Counted from the stretch's first letter, positions 28,720-39,698 are shown. The stretch is DNA of 64,000 bases from Candidatus Levybacteria bacterium CG2_30_37_29 (GCA_001873215.1 MNYS01000003.1:49455-113454), one strand, 5' to 3'. Translations and numbers: made by a program. Notes: generated by a model not told the origin, from the sequence alone.

Positions 28720-30621
28720 ATGATGGCTTCGGAGATTTTAGAAAAATATATAGAGTTTTTTAAAAAACAAAATCATGTTCAGATTGTAAATTCTTCTTTG
28801 GTTCCAGAAAATGATCCGACTACATTGTTTACTTCCTCCGGAATGCAGCCTTTGATCCCTTATCTTTTAGGAGAAGCTCATCCGCAGGGCAAACGTTTGG
28901 TCAATGTGCAAAACTGCTTCCGTGCGGGTGATATTGATGAAGTTGGAGATAACCGCCACATTACTTTTTTTAGAATGCTTGGGAATTGGTCTTTGGGTGA
29001 TTATTTTAAAAAAGAGCAAATTCTGTGGTTTTGGGAATTTTTAACAAGCAAAGAAAAAGGTTTGGGCTTATCTAAAGATAAATTATATGTTTCTGTGTTT
29101 GAAGGTTTTAAAAACATTCCGAAAGACACGGAATCATATGAAATATGGTCGGATTTATTAAAAAAAGACGAGCTGAATCCTGAAGAAAGAATATTTTATT
29201 ACGGAGTTGACAAAAATTGGTGGTCAAGAACCGGCGTTTCTGACAATATGCCGGTTGGTGAACCCGGTGGACTAGATACTGAAGTTTTTTACGATTTTGG
29301 CCCTTCGGCAAACTCAGGGCAAGAACACCATGATAAAAAAAAGTTTGGAGATAAATGTCACCCTAACTGTGATTGCGGAAGATATTTGGAAATCGGAAAT
29401 TCAGTTTTTATGCAATTTAAAAAAACCGAAACCGGATTTGAAGAATTACCTCAAAAAAATGTTGATTTTGGGGGAGGTTTGGAGCGCCTTATTGCTGCAA
29501 CAGAAAACAAGCAGGATATTTTCCAGACATCACTTTTCTCTCCTGTTATAAAAAGAATTGCTGAGGTAACAAAAAAAGAATACGAAGAACATAAAGAAGA
29601 AATTCAGATTATTGCAGATCACTTTACGGCCGCAGTATTTATGGTTTCATCTAATCTTTTCCCATCAAATAAAGAGCAAGGATATATCTTAAGGCGTTTA
29701 ATTCGCAGAGGCTTGGATAATTTTTATACGCTTGGAGGGATCAATATTGATCCGATTCTTGAACAAATCGTAGAACAATACCGTGATACAGATGAATATC
29801 TTGTCGAAAAATTTGAACATATAAAAGCGGTAGTTTTAGAAGAAGAGCAAGCATATAAAAAAGCCCTTGCAGGCGGGAAAAAATTGATAGAAAAAGAACT
29901 TATAACGCGTGGTCTATTACAGGGTGATGAATTGATGGGAGTGGTAAAGATTCCCGCAGAAGTTGCTTTTAAATCTTTGGCAAGTTATGGACTTGGACCG
30001 ACTCAATTGGAAAGCTTGGGTTACACATTTGACAGGAAAGAACTTTCCGAATTAATAAAAAAGCATCAAGATGTCTCAAGAAAAGGAGCTGAGAAAAAAT
30101 TTACCGGTGGCCTTGCGGATCATTCGGAGAAGACAGTAATGGGTCATACAGCAACGCACCTGTTACATAAAACTCTTCGTGATATGTTTGGAAATGATTT
30201 ACACCAGACCGGATCGAACATAACCTCGGAACGTGTACGGTTTGATTATAATTTTGATCGCAAACTGACAGATGAAGAAATTAAAAGATTGGAAGACACC
30301 GTTAATGAAAAAATTAAAGAAAATCTACCGGTTCATTTTGAGATTATGAATCTTGTAAAAGCAAAAGATATCGGTGCAATCGGATTGTTTGACGAGAAGT
30401 ATTCGGATAACGTGAAGGTGTATTTTGTAGGAGGGGAAAAAGGTAGTCCTACGTCGGATAAATCCTCCTCAGGACGACCTCTTACGGATAAACCTTACTC
30501 GGTCGAATTCTGTGGTGGACCGCACGTTGATTTTACAGGAGAGATAAAAAGGTTTAAGATTATAAAAGAAGAAGCCTTGGGTAGAAGTTTAAGGCGAATT
30601 TATGCTGTGGTCGGCGACTAA
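28720..30621 (+). CDS. alaS: Alanine--tRNA ligase (lacks C-Ala domain)
   Basis: LFTSSGMQP, FRMLGNWSLGDYFK, GYILRRLIRR, HTATHLLH, EFCGGPHV. Confidence 0.96.
   Translation: MMASEILEKYIEFFKKQNHVQIVNSSLVPENDPTTLFTSSGMQPLIPYLLGEAHPQGKRLVNVQNCFRAGDIDEVGDNRHITFFRMLGNWSLGDYFKKEQILWFWEFLTSKEKGLGLSKDKLYVSVFEGFKNIPKDTESYEIWSDLLKKDELNPEERIFYYGVDKNWWSRTGVSDNMPVGEPGGLDTEVFYDFGPSANSGQEHHDKKKFGDKCHPNCDCGRYLEIGNSVFMQFKKTETGFEELPQKNVDFGGGLERLIAATENKQDIFQTSLFSPVIKRIAEVTKKEYEEHKEEIQIIADHFTAAVFMVSSNLFPSNKEQGYILRRLIRRGLDNFYTLGGINIDPILEQIVEQYRDTDEYLVEKFEHIKAVVLEEEQAYKKALAGGKKLIEKELITRGLLQGDELMGVVKIPAEVAFKSLASYGLGPTQLESLGYTFDRKELSELIKKHQDVSRKGAEKKFTGGLADHSEKTVMGHTATHLLHKTLRDMFGNDLHQTGSNITSERVRFDYNFDRKLTDEEIKRLEDTVNEKIKENLPVHFEIMNLVKAKDIGAIGLFDEKYSDNVKVYFVGGEKGSPTSDKSSSGRPLTDKPYSVEFCGGPHVDFTGEIKRFKIIKEEALGRSLRRIYAVVGD
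29300..29320 (+). repeat. In-frame palindromic insert in alaS
   Basis: gccc-ttcggcaaactca-gggc. Confidence 0.7.
30441..30480 (+). repeat. In-frame hairpin insert in the alaS editing domain
   Basis: aggt/acct, gtcct/aggac and gga/tcc nested arms. Confidence 0.6.
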
Positions 30622-30625
30622 AATT

Positions 30626-32830
30626 ATGAATCTGCCTTTTATAAAAAAACAAAAAGAAACTAAAGATTTTTTTCTTTCTCTTCTGATAAAGCCCTACAGG
30701 ATAGCCGCCATCCTTTTTGAAAAAACCAACTCAAACCTTTTAATCGTATCGACAAAAGAAGAGGAGTTGGAAAAGGAAGTAAATTCTATTTCCGGGGAAG
30801 AACTTGTTGAAGTAAGTGATAAAGTGATAAGTTTTGTAGAGGAAAGTGTTCCTCAGGGTACTGCGCTTGAGAAGACAATTCTTGCTGTACCTTACGATTG
30901 GATTTCTGAAGGTGAAATAAAAAGAGAATACCTTAATCTTCTAAAAAACGTTCGTGACGAGCTCGGTCTTGTAATCGAAGGGTTTATCGTATCAATTGAG
31001 GCGATAATCCGTTTTCTTCAGGAAAAAGAAGGCGCACCAATTTCTTCAATTTTTGTAGAAATCGCAAAAAATACTATTTTTATCTACGTTGTCAGGGCGG
31101 GAAATATAATTGAGGTAAAAAGCACAGAAGCAGAAGGCGGAATAGTTGAAACCGTTGAAAAACTTTTTCTTAGTATTGAAAAACTTAATAATTTACCTCC
31201 AAAACTTGTGCTTTTGGATTATGAAGACGGAGAAAATATTCAGCAGGAATTTTTATCTTACTCTTGGTCTAAAGATATTCCTTTTTTACACGTACCGCAG
31301 GTGGTAGTTCTTGAAAAAGGTTTTGAAAATGAGGCTGTTATAAATGGTGTTGCAAATAAAATGAAATCTGATGTATTACAAGATGTAAAAAGCGGGGTAC
31401 CGGACATAGATGATAAAAAAAGCTTTGAAGAAACACCGTCTGATGAATTTGGATTTTTGAAAGAAAAGGACGTTGATGAGAAAAAAGAATATATAGAAGC
31501 AGAAGGAAATTTGGTTCCGGTTTTAAATATGGAATTTGGAGAAAACAAAAAAAATATAGAAGACGATGAATACAAAGAGATCCCAAAACCCCATAATAAA
31601 AAAAATTATATGGGAATTTTTTTGCCTGCACTATCTTTACTAAAAAAAATCAAAATGCCGAAAATAAAAGGTATGTTTTTCAATAATTTTGTGAAAATAC
31701 CAATCGGCCGGCGCGCAATAATAGGTGGTATTTTGGCTGCCGCCGTCGCAATTTTTCTTTCCGCAATTTATTATAATTTTATACTCAAGGCTAGTGTTAC
31801 TGTTTTTTCTGATCAGAAAGAATTTAATAAGGATACCTCAATTATTCTTGCCCCAAACGGTGAAACAAAAGAAAATACCCTAAAAATTACGACAATAACA
31901 GAGGAAGTAAGCGGGGACGGAACAAATCCCGCAACCGGTAAAAAGGAAACAGGAGAAAAAGCCCGTGGTGAGGTAACAATCTATAATAAAACAGAAGAAA
32001 AAAAAACATTTCCTAAAGGGACTGTAATTGTTGGGTCAAACAGCTTGGAATTTCGTCTCACAGATGAAGTAACTGTTGCGTCAACTTCATCTTTTGCTAC
32101 CAACTTTTCAAACGTAAAAGCAAAAGTTGAGGCTTCTACTTTTGGAAAAGAATATAATCTACCGTCCGGAACAAACTTTACTGTAAAAAATAATTCTTCA
32201 ACAAACTTTATTGCAAAAAACGATTCTGCGTTTTCCGGCGGAACAAAAAAAGAGACAAAAGTTGTTTCAAAGCAAGATATCGAGGACGCAAAAAATTCTC
32301 TTACTTCAGATCTTGCTAAAAAAGCTCTTGCACAAGCAGGATCAAAGCTAGGAGAAGGAGAAGCTCTCGTTCCGGCGCAAATAGCCGAAGACGTAACAAG
32401 TGAAAAACTCAGTAAAAAAGAAGGTGAAGAGGCAGATATAGTTAGCGTATCCGAAACCATTAAATTTACTCTTGGAATATACACAAAAAAAGAATTGGAA
32501 CAATTAATAAAAGGAATTTCCGATGGTCAGATACCTGATTCTTACGAGTTAATATATGATAGTTCAAGAGTTGAGATGAAAAATGTCCGCGTGGGAAAAA
32601 AGGATACGGTTGAAGCGAATCTTTCGGTCCAAGCAAAATTTATTCCTCATATTGATATAAAAAAATTGACGAATTCAATAAGGGGAAAAGGAATCGCAAA
32701 AGCCGAAGAGATTTTAAAATCGACAACAGGTGTCACAGACCAAAAAATTATTTTAATACGCAAATTTCCGTTTCTCCCAAGCCTCCTGCCCCAAAATGCT
32801 AAAAATATTACAATTGATATAAAGACATAA
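30626..32830 (+). CDS. Membrane protein with possible FtsA/actin-like N-terminus and baseplate-J-like C-terminal region
   Basis: Central TM; ATGKKETGEKARGEVTIYN..FPKGT..G.EYN..FSGG pattern. Confidence 0.6.
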   Translation: MNLPFIKKQKETKDFFLSLLIKPYRIAAILFEKTNSNLLIVSTKEEELEKEVNSISGEELVEVSDKVISFVEESVPQGTALEKTILAVPYDWISEGEIKREYLNLLKNVRDELGLVIEGFIVSIEAIIRFLQEKEGAPISSIFVEIAKNTIFIYVVRAGNIIEVKSTEAEGGIVETVEKLFLSIEKLNNLPPKLVLLDYEDGENIQQEFLSYSWSKDIPFLHVPQVVVLEKGFENEAVINGVANKMKSDVLQDVKSGVPDIDDKKSFEETPSDEFGFLKEKDVDEKKEYIEAEGNLVPVLNMEFGENKKNIEDDEYKEIPKPHNKKNYMGIFLPALSLLKKIKMPKIKGMFFNNFVKIPIGRRAIIGGILAAAVAIFLSAIYYNFILKASVTVFSDQKEFNKDTSIILAPNGETKENTLKITTITEEVSGDGTNPATGKKETGEKARGEVTIYNKTEEKKTFPKGTVIVGSNSLEFRLTDEVTVASTSSFATNFSNVKAKVEASTFGKEYNLPSGTNFTVKNNSSTNFIAKNDSAFSGGTKKETKVVSKQDIEDAKNSLTSDLAKKALAQAGSKLGEGEALVPAQIAEDVTSEKLSKKEGEEADIVSVSETIKFTLGIYTKKELEQLIKGISDGQIPDSYELIYDSSRVEMKNVRVGKKDTVEANLSVQAKFIPHIDIKKLTNSIRGKGIAKAEEILKSTTGVTDQKIILIRKFPFLPSLLPQNAKNITIDIKT

Positions 32831-32843
32831 CCCCTTTTTTTTC

Positions 32844-33590
32844 ATGGGCCGTTATTACGTAAAAACAAGAAAAAGTTCTATTTCCTTTTTATATAAGAAG
32901 AAAACAATAAAAAGATTAATTGGTATTTTTTTAGTTTCTGTGGGAATTGTAATCTTTATTTATTTTTTCTTCCCTATTGTTTCCTACCAGATTTTTATCG
33001 AATCAGCTTTTTCAAATTCAAATATTGAAGTCCCAATACCAAAATACCTTGTCGTTAAAAAAAGCGGAACTTTTGGTAGTCTTATCAGTCAGGGGTTTGC
33101 ATCTCTTACGTCGGACTTTACCGACGCCAGAAATTGGTATCCTTCTTTTCCAAGCGATACACATAACACGTTAAAGGTAGATTCATATATGCTTTCAATT
33201 CCACGACTTAAAATTGAAAATGCAATTGTTTCAACAAAAGATTATGATTTAAGTCGCCACCTTATTCAGTATTTTGGAACTTCTATTCCCGGCGAAAACG
33301 GTACGGCGGTTATTTTTGGACATTCTACACTGCCGCAGCTTTTTGACCCTAAAAATTATAAAACAATTTTTGCAACTCTTCATACAATAAAAATCGGAGA
33401 CGAGATAGAAGCGATAGTAAATGGAATAGGTCGAAAATATAAAGTTTTTTCGATAACAATAACATCCGCCGACGACACAAATATTCTTTCACAATCGTTT
33501 GACAGAAGTTATATAACTCTTATTACGTGCACTCCTCCCGGGACTGTGTGGAAAAGACTTGTTGTCCGCGCAAGCCTTGATTCGCTCTAA
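32844..33590 (+). CDS. Sortase family protein
   Basis: IFGHST, catalytic TLITC, RLVV. Confidence 0.9.
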   Translation: MGRYYVKTRKSSISFLYKKKTIKRLIGIFLVSVGIVIFIYFFFPIVSYQIFIESAFSNSNIEVPIPKYLVVKKSGTFGSLISQGFASLTSDFTDARNWYPSFPSDTHNTLKVDSYMLSIPRLKIENAIVSTKDYDLSRHLIQYFGTSIPGENGTAVIFGHSTLPQLFDPKNYKTIFATLHTIKIGDEIEAIVNGIGRKYKVFSITITSADDTNILSQSFDRSYITLITCTPPGTVWKRLVVRASLDSL

Positions 33591-33607
33591 GCCTTAGGAT
33601 ACGATAG

Positions 33608-33823
33608 ATGTATATGCAGGATGATTATATTTACCCTGATACGTCCACTCAAGAAGATGTATATAAAAAAGAAGCAAAATCTTTTTTTGGCGCGGTTTAT
33701 TACTACCTTCTTAAAATAGAACCAACTTTTATAAAAGTATTTAATTTTTTTGTCTATCACACAATAAGAATTATTAAATCAAGCGTAAAATTTGCCATAC
33801 AGCAAATACGATTTGGTGGATAA
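33608..33823 (+). CDS. Small hypothetical protein
   Basis: Co-oriented ORF filling the gap in the gene run. Confidence 0.5.
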   Translation: MYMQDDYIYPDTSTQEDVYKKEAKSFFGAVYYYLLKIEPTFIKVFNFFVYHTIRIIKSSVKFAIQQIRFGG

Positions 33824-33827
33824 GAAG

Positions 33828-33887
33828 AATTTTAACTTATAAATTTTAAATTTAAAATGAAATTCCAATGTTTAAAACTTCATAAAA
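33828..33887 (+). repeat. AT-rich 7-bp-periodic element similar to 57086-57148
   Basis: aattttaacttataaattttaaatttaaaatgaaattccaatgttt vs aattttaaattacaaattttaaattaaaaatgaaatctaaatgttt. Confidence 0.65.
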
Positions 33888-35165
33888 ATGGATGAGAAAA
33901 AGTTAGCGATTGAAGCGATACAAAAAAAATTAGTCGGTAAAAAACTTACGTATAAAGAAATTTACGCAATAATGGATGAGATTGCCGATGATAGGCTTGG
34001 CGATGTTTTAACAACTTATTTTGTTGCCTCAGGCTACTCAAAAGGATTTTCCGACGAAGAAATTTATTTCCTAACAAAAGCAATGATTGAAACAGGAGAG
34101 TATCTTGATTTTAAAGGTATTGTCGCAGATAAGCATTCTATCGGTGGTGTTCCTGGAATGCGTGCAACGCTTATTATAGTTCCTATTATTGCAGCAGCAG
34201 GATTTAAGATTCCCAAAAGTTCTTCAAGGGCGATTACAACTCCGGCCGGTACCGCAGACTCAATGGAGGTTATTTCAAAAGTAACTTTTACAAAAGAGGA
34301 AATTTATAAAATTGTAGAAAAAACAGGAGCATGTATTGTATGGGGAGGAAGTTTTAAAATTGCGCCTGCAGATGACGAGATTATAAAAATTGAAGAGCCT
34401 TTACTTTTTGAAAGTTTTGACAAAATTCTTGTCTCTGTAATGGCAAAAAAAATAGCTTTTGGGAGTAATCACGTGGTAATCCATCTTCCGTATGGAAAAA
34501 ATGTAAAGCTAAAACACAAAGAAGACGCTGAAGTATTGCAGAAAAAATTTGAATTCTTGGCACGGAAATTTAATATAAAACTTGAAGTTCTTACGAGCTA
34601 CATTGATGAGCCGGCGGGTCGTGGAATAGGTCCTCTTCTTGAGACAAGGGATGCTCTTCGTGTTTTGGAAAGACACCATATGCGCCCAATGCCATTGGAA
34701 GAAATGGCACTTGAGCTTGCAAGTGCTCTTCTCCAGCTTTGCCTGAAGGACGAGAGCGCACAAAAGAAAAAAGAAATTGAGGAAAAATATGAAAATACCA
34801 AAAAATGGGCGCACGAAATTTTGTATAGCGGACAGGCTCTTGAGAAATTTAAGGAAATTATTGAAGCGCAAAAGGGAGACCCTGCGATAACTTCTGAAAA
34901 ACTTATAGCCGGAAAATATTCAAAAGCAATAAAGGCTGAAAAGGGAGGAAAAATAACAGAGGTATTATGCAAAAATATAACTGCTCTTGCAAAAATTTTG
35001 GGAGCGCCCAAGCATAAAGCTTCAGGGCTTTATTTGCATAAAAGGATGGGAGATCCGGTTGCCCACGATGAAGAACTTGCTATTCTTTACAGTGACTCTG
35101 AATACAAACTAAACGAGGCTTTTGAATCCCACAATTCATTCCCTCTTTTTAAGATTGAAAGATAG
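33888..35165 (+). CDS. AMP phosphorylase (archaeal-type thymidine phosphorylase family)
   Basis: DKHSIGGVPG, PKSSSRAITTPAGTADSME, LAPADD-like IAPADD. Confidence 0.9.
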   Translation: MDEKKLAIEAIQKKLVGKKLTYKEIYAIMDEIADDRLGDVLTTYFVASGYSKGFSDEEIYFLTKAMIETGEYLDFKGIVADKHSIGGVPGMRATLIIVPIIAAAGFKIPKSSSRAITTPAGTADSMEVISKVTFTKEEIYKIVEKTGACIVWGGSFKIAPADDEIIKIEEPLLFESFDKILVSVMAKKIAFGSNHVVIHLPYGKNVKLKHKEDAEVLQKKFEFLARKFNIKLEVLTSYIDEPAGRGIGPLLETRDALRVLERHHMRPMPLEEMALELASALLQLCLKDESAQKKKEIEEKYENTKKWAHEILYSGQALEKFKEIIEAQKGDPAITSEKLIAGKYSKAIKAEKGGKITEVLCKNITALAKILGAPKHKASGLYLHKRMGDPVAHDEELAILYSDSEYKLNEAFESHNSFPLFKIER

Positions 35166-35214
35166 TTGACGAATTTGGTCAATTACTTTCCCTGTGGTAC
35201 AATAGGCATATTAT

Positions 35215-36165
35215 ATGAGGAAATTAGGAATTGCTGTTTTTGTTATATTGGTGATAATATTTTCTATTTATCTGTGGTGGACAAATGGACTAAAACCGGT
35301 TAACACAAACGATAATTCCCAAAAAGTTTTTGTTATTTCAAAAGGTGAGGCAATTCGAGAAATTGGAAACTCTCTTAAGAAAGAAGGTCTTATCCGCGAC
35401 CCCGTTGTATTTTTTATCCTTATTAAAAAAAACGGAAACGAAAGAGCAATTCAAGCAGGAGATTACAGGCTTTCCCCGTCAATGGGAGTTATTAAAATTG
35501 TTGACGAGCTTTCGCATGGCACAATAGATGCTTGGATAACTATTCCTGAAGGTTTGAGAGCAGAGGAAATAGCCGACATACTGGAAGTAAATATTAAGAC
35601 TTATAACGCCACATGGAGGGAAAAGCTAAATGAAAACGAAGGTTATTTATTTCCAGATACATATCTTATTCCAAAAGATGCGACTATTGATATAATAATT
35701 TCTATTTTAAAAAATAATTTTTATAAAAAAATTGAAAGCATTGGGCTTTCTAAATCTGATCCCCAGCTTAAAAAAATTGTTATCATAGCTTCCTTAATTG
35801 AGAGAGAAGCTTTAAGAGATGAAGAAAAACCGGTTATAGCTTCAGTCATTACAAATAGGCTAAATGATGGAATTGCACTTGATATTGATGCAACGTTACA
35901 ATATATAAAAGGAAAAGGTTCAAACGATAAATGGTGGAATGTTCCGACTGCTGCCGACAAGAGAATATCTTCGCTTTACAATACATATCTTTATCCCGGT
36001 ATTCCTTTTGGTCCAATTTCAAACCCCGGAATAAATGCCATTGCTGCAGCAAAAAATCCGGCTTCAAGCAGATATTATTATTATCTACATGATTCAAAAG
36101 GAAATGTGTATTTTGCAAAAACATTGGAAGCTCATAACGCAAATATTCAGAAATACCTAAAGTAA
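35215..36165 (+). CDS. mltG: Endolytic transglycosylase MltG
   Basis: TIPEG, EGYLFPDTY, ASLIERE, YNTY..GPISNPG. Confidence 0.93.
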   Translation: MRKLGIAVFVILVIIFSIYLWWTNGLKPVNTNDNSQKVFVISKGEAIREIGNSLKKEGLIRDPVVFFILIKKNGNERAIQAGDYRLSPSMGVIKIVDELSHGTIDAWITIPEGLRAEEIADILEVNIKTYNATWREKLNENEGYLFPDTYLIPKDATIDIIISILKNNFYKKIESIGLSKSDPQLKKIVIIASLIEREALRDEEKPVIASVITNRLNDGIALDIDATLQYIKGKGSNDKWWNVPTAADKRISSLYNTYLYPGIPFGPISNPGINAIAAAKNPASSRYYYYLHDSKGNVYFAKTLEAHNANIQKYLK

Positions 36166-36190
36166 AGCAATAAGAGAATACTATAGGGTA

Positions 36191-36270
36191 TTGACATTCA
36201 AAACCTTTTTGTATATAAACATACCTACGTAAAAATAAGCAGGGTATTGATATACCTGCTAATTTTTTGT
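36191..36270 (+). promoter_or_regulatory. rpoB promoter and leader hairpin
   Basis: TTGACA-17-TATAAA; agcagggtattgatatacctgct + T-rich tract. Confidence 0.6.
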
Positions 36271-36310
36271 TGAGTAAAAGGTAACTTAGATCTTCTCGAA
36301 ATTATTCCAG

Positions 36311-39300
36311 ATGGCTAAAATTAATAAGATTCAACGACAATATTGGGGAAAGGAATACAAAGCACTTCCTCAGCTTGATTTGCTATCCATTCAAAAGGAA
36401 TCTTATTCGTGGTTTATAAAAGAAGGAATAAAAGAAGTTATTTCGGAAATTTCCCCCATTGAAGATTTTACCGGTAAAAATTGGGAGTTAACACTTGGAG
36501 AATATAAATTAGGTGAACCAAAAACAACTGAGGAAATTACTCTTAATAAAGGTCTTACATTTTTTTCCCCTCTTACCGTTGAAGCAACTCTTAGCAATAA
36601 AAAAACGGGTAAAAGCGTAAAACAGGACGTCTTTTTAGGAGAAATTCCAAAAATGACAGACAGGGCAACTTTTATTGTCAATGGAATTGAGAGAGTTATA
36701 GTCAGCCAAATTGTAAGAAGTCCTGGAGTTTTCTTCACAGCAACAGAAGATCCGATTACAGGAAAAACTCTTTATACAGCGGAGCTTAGACCGGTACACG
36801 GTTCTTGGCTTGAATTTTCTACAACTCGGGCAGACATGATTGTTGTCAGAATCGATAGACGAAAGAAATTTTTGGCATCAGTATTTTTGAAGGCTTTGGG
36901 AATTGAGAACAATGAGGAAATATATGAAAAATTTAAGGGAATTGATGACGCGGACGAAATTATTAAAAAAACGATTGACAAAGACGAAACAAAAGGTGGA
37001 ACAGACGCGTTAATTGAAATTTTTAAGAAAATGAATCCCGGTGAGCCGGTTGTTATAGATACTGTTAGACAAAATTTCAGAGATTCATTTTTTGACCGAA
37101 GAAGATATGATCTTTCAAAAGTCGGAAGATATAAAATAAATAAAAAACTTGCCGGACTACCAAATTTTTCTCCTCAAGAAGCATATACTCTTACGTTGGA
37201 AGATATAATAGGAATTATTTCATATGTTATTAATTTGTCACGCGGTAAAGGGAAATTAGATGACATTGACCATCTTTCAAACAGAAGAATTAGAAGCATC
37301 GGAGAATTGGTTCAAACGACAGCTTTTCGCGTCGGTGCCTTGAGACTTGAGAGAATTATTAAGGAAAAAATGAGCCTTGCATCAATTGAAGAACAATATT
37401 CCCCATCACATTTTATAAATGCCCACCCAATTATCGCTGCAATTAATGAATTTTTCAGAACTTCACAACTCTCAGCAATTCTTGATCAAACAAATCCTCT
37501 TTCGGAAATTGACAATATTCGCCGTCTTACAGTCATGGGAACAGGCGGAATTTCACGTGAACGCGCATCCTTTTCAATAAGAGACATCAATAGCTCTCAA
37601 TATAGTAGAATTTGCCCGGTCCGCTCTCCTGAAGGACCGAATATCGGACTTGTTACATATCTTACTCTTTACACACGCGTAAACGAATACGGATTTTTGG
37701 AAGCTCCATACAGAAAAATTGAAAAAATTAAAAAAGGACGTAAAACAATTGCAAAACTTACAAACGAGATTATATATATGGATGCTGACGAAGAAAAAGA
37801 TTTTTATATTACACACGCAGATATAAAAGTTGACAAAGACGGATATGTTGAAGATGAGTTGATTCCTGCGCGATACAGCGGAGAATACCTTGAGATAGAA
37901 CGGGAAAAACTTGATTTTATAGATATTGTTCCAAGGCAAGTCGTAGGAACATCAGCGGCTCTTATTCCATTTGTTAATCACGATGAAGCAAACAGAGCTC
38001 TTATGGGTACCCACATGCAGTGTCAAGCTGTTCCTCTTGTCAAAAACGAGAGTCCAATTATCGGTACCGGTATGGAAGCAACTGTGTCAGAAGCCATGAA
38101 TAGAGTTACAAAAGCACCGTTTGACGGTGAAATATCTTTTGTTGACTCTTTAAAAGTTGTATTAAAAGGTAAAAAGGAAGAAAAGACTTTTAAAATTGAT
38201 AAATTTAAAAGGACATCCCAAAACACATTTTTTAATCAAAAACCTACTGTTTTTGCAAAACAAAAAGTAAAAAAAGGAGACATATTAATTGATGGACCAG
38301 TTTCAGATAACGGAGAACTTGCGCTTGGAAAAAACTTGCTTATCGCATATGCATCTTTTGACGGTCTTGGGTATGAAGACGCAATTGTAATTTCTGACAG
38401 GTTGGTAAAAGATGACGGTCTTACGTCTGTTCATATTGAAAAATACGAAGCAACGGTTGTAGATACAAAACTTGGTGCAGAAGAAACAACGAGGGATATT
38501 CCAAATGTTGCAGAGGAAGATTTGGCAAATTTAGATGAGGAAGGAATCGTTGTTGTTGGATCTGAAGTGTCACCCGGAGATATTTTAGTCGGAAAAATTG
38601 CGCCAAAAGGCGAAACAGAACTTACAGCAGAAGAAAGGCTTTTGCGCGCAATATTCGGTGAAAAAGCACGTGAAGTCCGCGATACATCCCTTCGAATGCC
38701 GCATGGAGAGCACGGAATTATTACGAATGTTCAAATTCTTGATAGAAGCCGTGGTGACGAGCTTGAGCCGGGCTCGCTTAAAAAAATTATTATTGAAGTT
38801 GCCCAACTCCGCCACGTTGTAGTCGGAGATAAACTTGCAGGACGTCATGGAAATAAAGGAGTCATTTCAAAAATTGTTCCGGAATCTGACATGCCGTATC
38901 TTTCTGACGGAACGCCTGTTGATATTATTATTTCTCCAATTTCGGTGTTGTCGCGTATGAATCTCGGACAGCTTTTGGAAGCACATCTTGGTCTTGCCGC
39001 GCGAAAATTAAATCTTAGAATTTCCGTTCCTGTTTTTGAAAAAATGCAGGAAGAAAGATATGACCGGCTTATGAAAGATGCAGGAATGCCGGCAAACGGA
39101 AAGATGAAACTTTATGACGCAAGGACAGGCGAGCCGTATGAAAACGATGTGGTTATAGGTATCGGATACATTATGAAACTTATCCACATGGTTGAGGACA
39201 AAGCGCACGCCAGATCAACAGGTCCTTACTCTCTTGTTACACAACAGCCGCTCGGAGGAAAAGCGCAAATGGGAGGACAGCGTTTGGGAGAAATGGAAGT

Positions 39301-39685
39301 TTGGGCTCTTGAGGCGCATCGCGCAGCTTTCACTTTACAGGAAATGTTGACTATTAAGTCAGATGATGTTGCCGGACGTGCAAAAGCATTTGAAGCTATA
39401 ATAAAAGGTGTTGATATTCCTACACCAAAAGTTCCCGAAAGCTTTAAGGTTCTTATACGCGAGCTTCAAAGTCTTTCAATGAATATTGTTCCGATGGATG
39501 CTGTGGTTGTCGAAGAAGATAAAGAAGAAGCAACACAAAAAACCGAAGATGTTAAAAATGAAGCTTTAGAGCTCAAAGAATCTTTGGAAGGCGTAGACGT
39601 AACAAGTGAAAAAGAAGCAGTTGAAGTATTGGGCGAGGAAGAAGTTACCGCAGCGACGGTAAAAGACGTGCCTGAAATAAATTAA
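36311..39685 (+). CDS. rpoB: RNA polymerase beta subunit
   Basis: DDIDHLSNRR, SPEGPNIGL, GDKLAGRHGNKG, GGQRLGEMEVWA. Confidence 0.99.
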   Translation: MAKINKIQRQYWGKEYKALPQLDLLSIQKESYSWFIKEGIKEVISEISPIEDFTGKNWELTLGEYKLGEPKTTEEITLNKGLTFFSPLTVEATLSNKKTGKSVKQDVFLGEIPKMTDRATFIVNGIERVIVSQIVRSPGVFFTATEDPITGKTLYTAELRPVHGSWLEFSTTRADMIVVRIDRRKKFLASVFLKALGIENNEEIYEKFKGIDDADEIIKKTIDKDETKGGTDALIEIFKKMNPGEPVVIDTVRQNFRDSFFDRRRYDLSKVGRYKINKKLAGLPNFSPQEAYTLTLEDIIGIISYVINLSRGKGKLDDIDHLSNRRIRSIGELVQTTAFRVGALRLERIIKEKMSLASIEEQYSPSHFINAHPIIAAINEFFRTSQLSAILDQTNPLSEIDNIRRLTVMGTGGISRERASFSIRDINSSQYSRICPVRSPEGPNIGLVTYLTLYTRVNEYGFLEAPYRKIEKIKKGRKTIAKLTNEIIYMDADEEKDFYITHADIKVDKDGYVEDELIPARYSGEYLEIEREKLDFIDIVPRQVVGTSAALIPFVNHDEANRALMGTHMQCQAVPLVKNESPIIGTGMEATVSEAMNRVTKAPFDGEISFVDSLKVVLKGKKEEKTFKIDKFKRTSQNTFFNQKPTVFAKQKVKKGDILIDGPVSDNGELALGKNLLIAYASFDGLGYEDAIVISDRLVKDDGLTSVHIEKYEATVVDTKLGAEETTRDIPNVAEEDLANLDEEGIVVVGSEVSPGDILVGKIAPKGETELTAEERLLRAIFGEKAREVRDTSLRMPHGEHGIITNVQILDRSRGDELEPGSLKKIIIEVAQLRHVVVGDKLAGRHGNKGVISKIVPESDMPYLSDGTPVDIIISPISVLSRMNLGQLLEAHLGLAARKLNLRISVPVFEKMQEERYDRLMKDAGMPANGKMKLYDARTGEPYENDVVIGIGYIMKLIHMVEDKAHARSTGPYSLVTQQPLGGKAQMGGQRLGEMEVWALEAHRAAFTLQEMLTIKSDDVAGRAKAFEAIIKGVDIPTPKVPESFKVLIRELQSLSMNIVPMDAVVVEEDKEEATQKTEDVKNEALELKESLEGVDVTSEKEAVEVLGEEEVTAATVKDVPEIN

Positions 39686-39698
39686 TTTTAAAAATATT

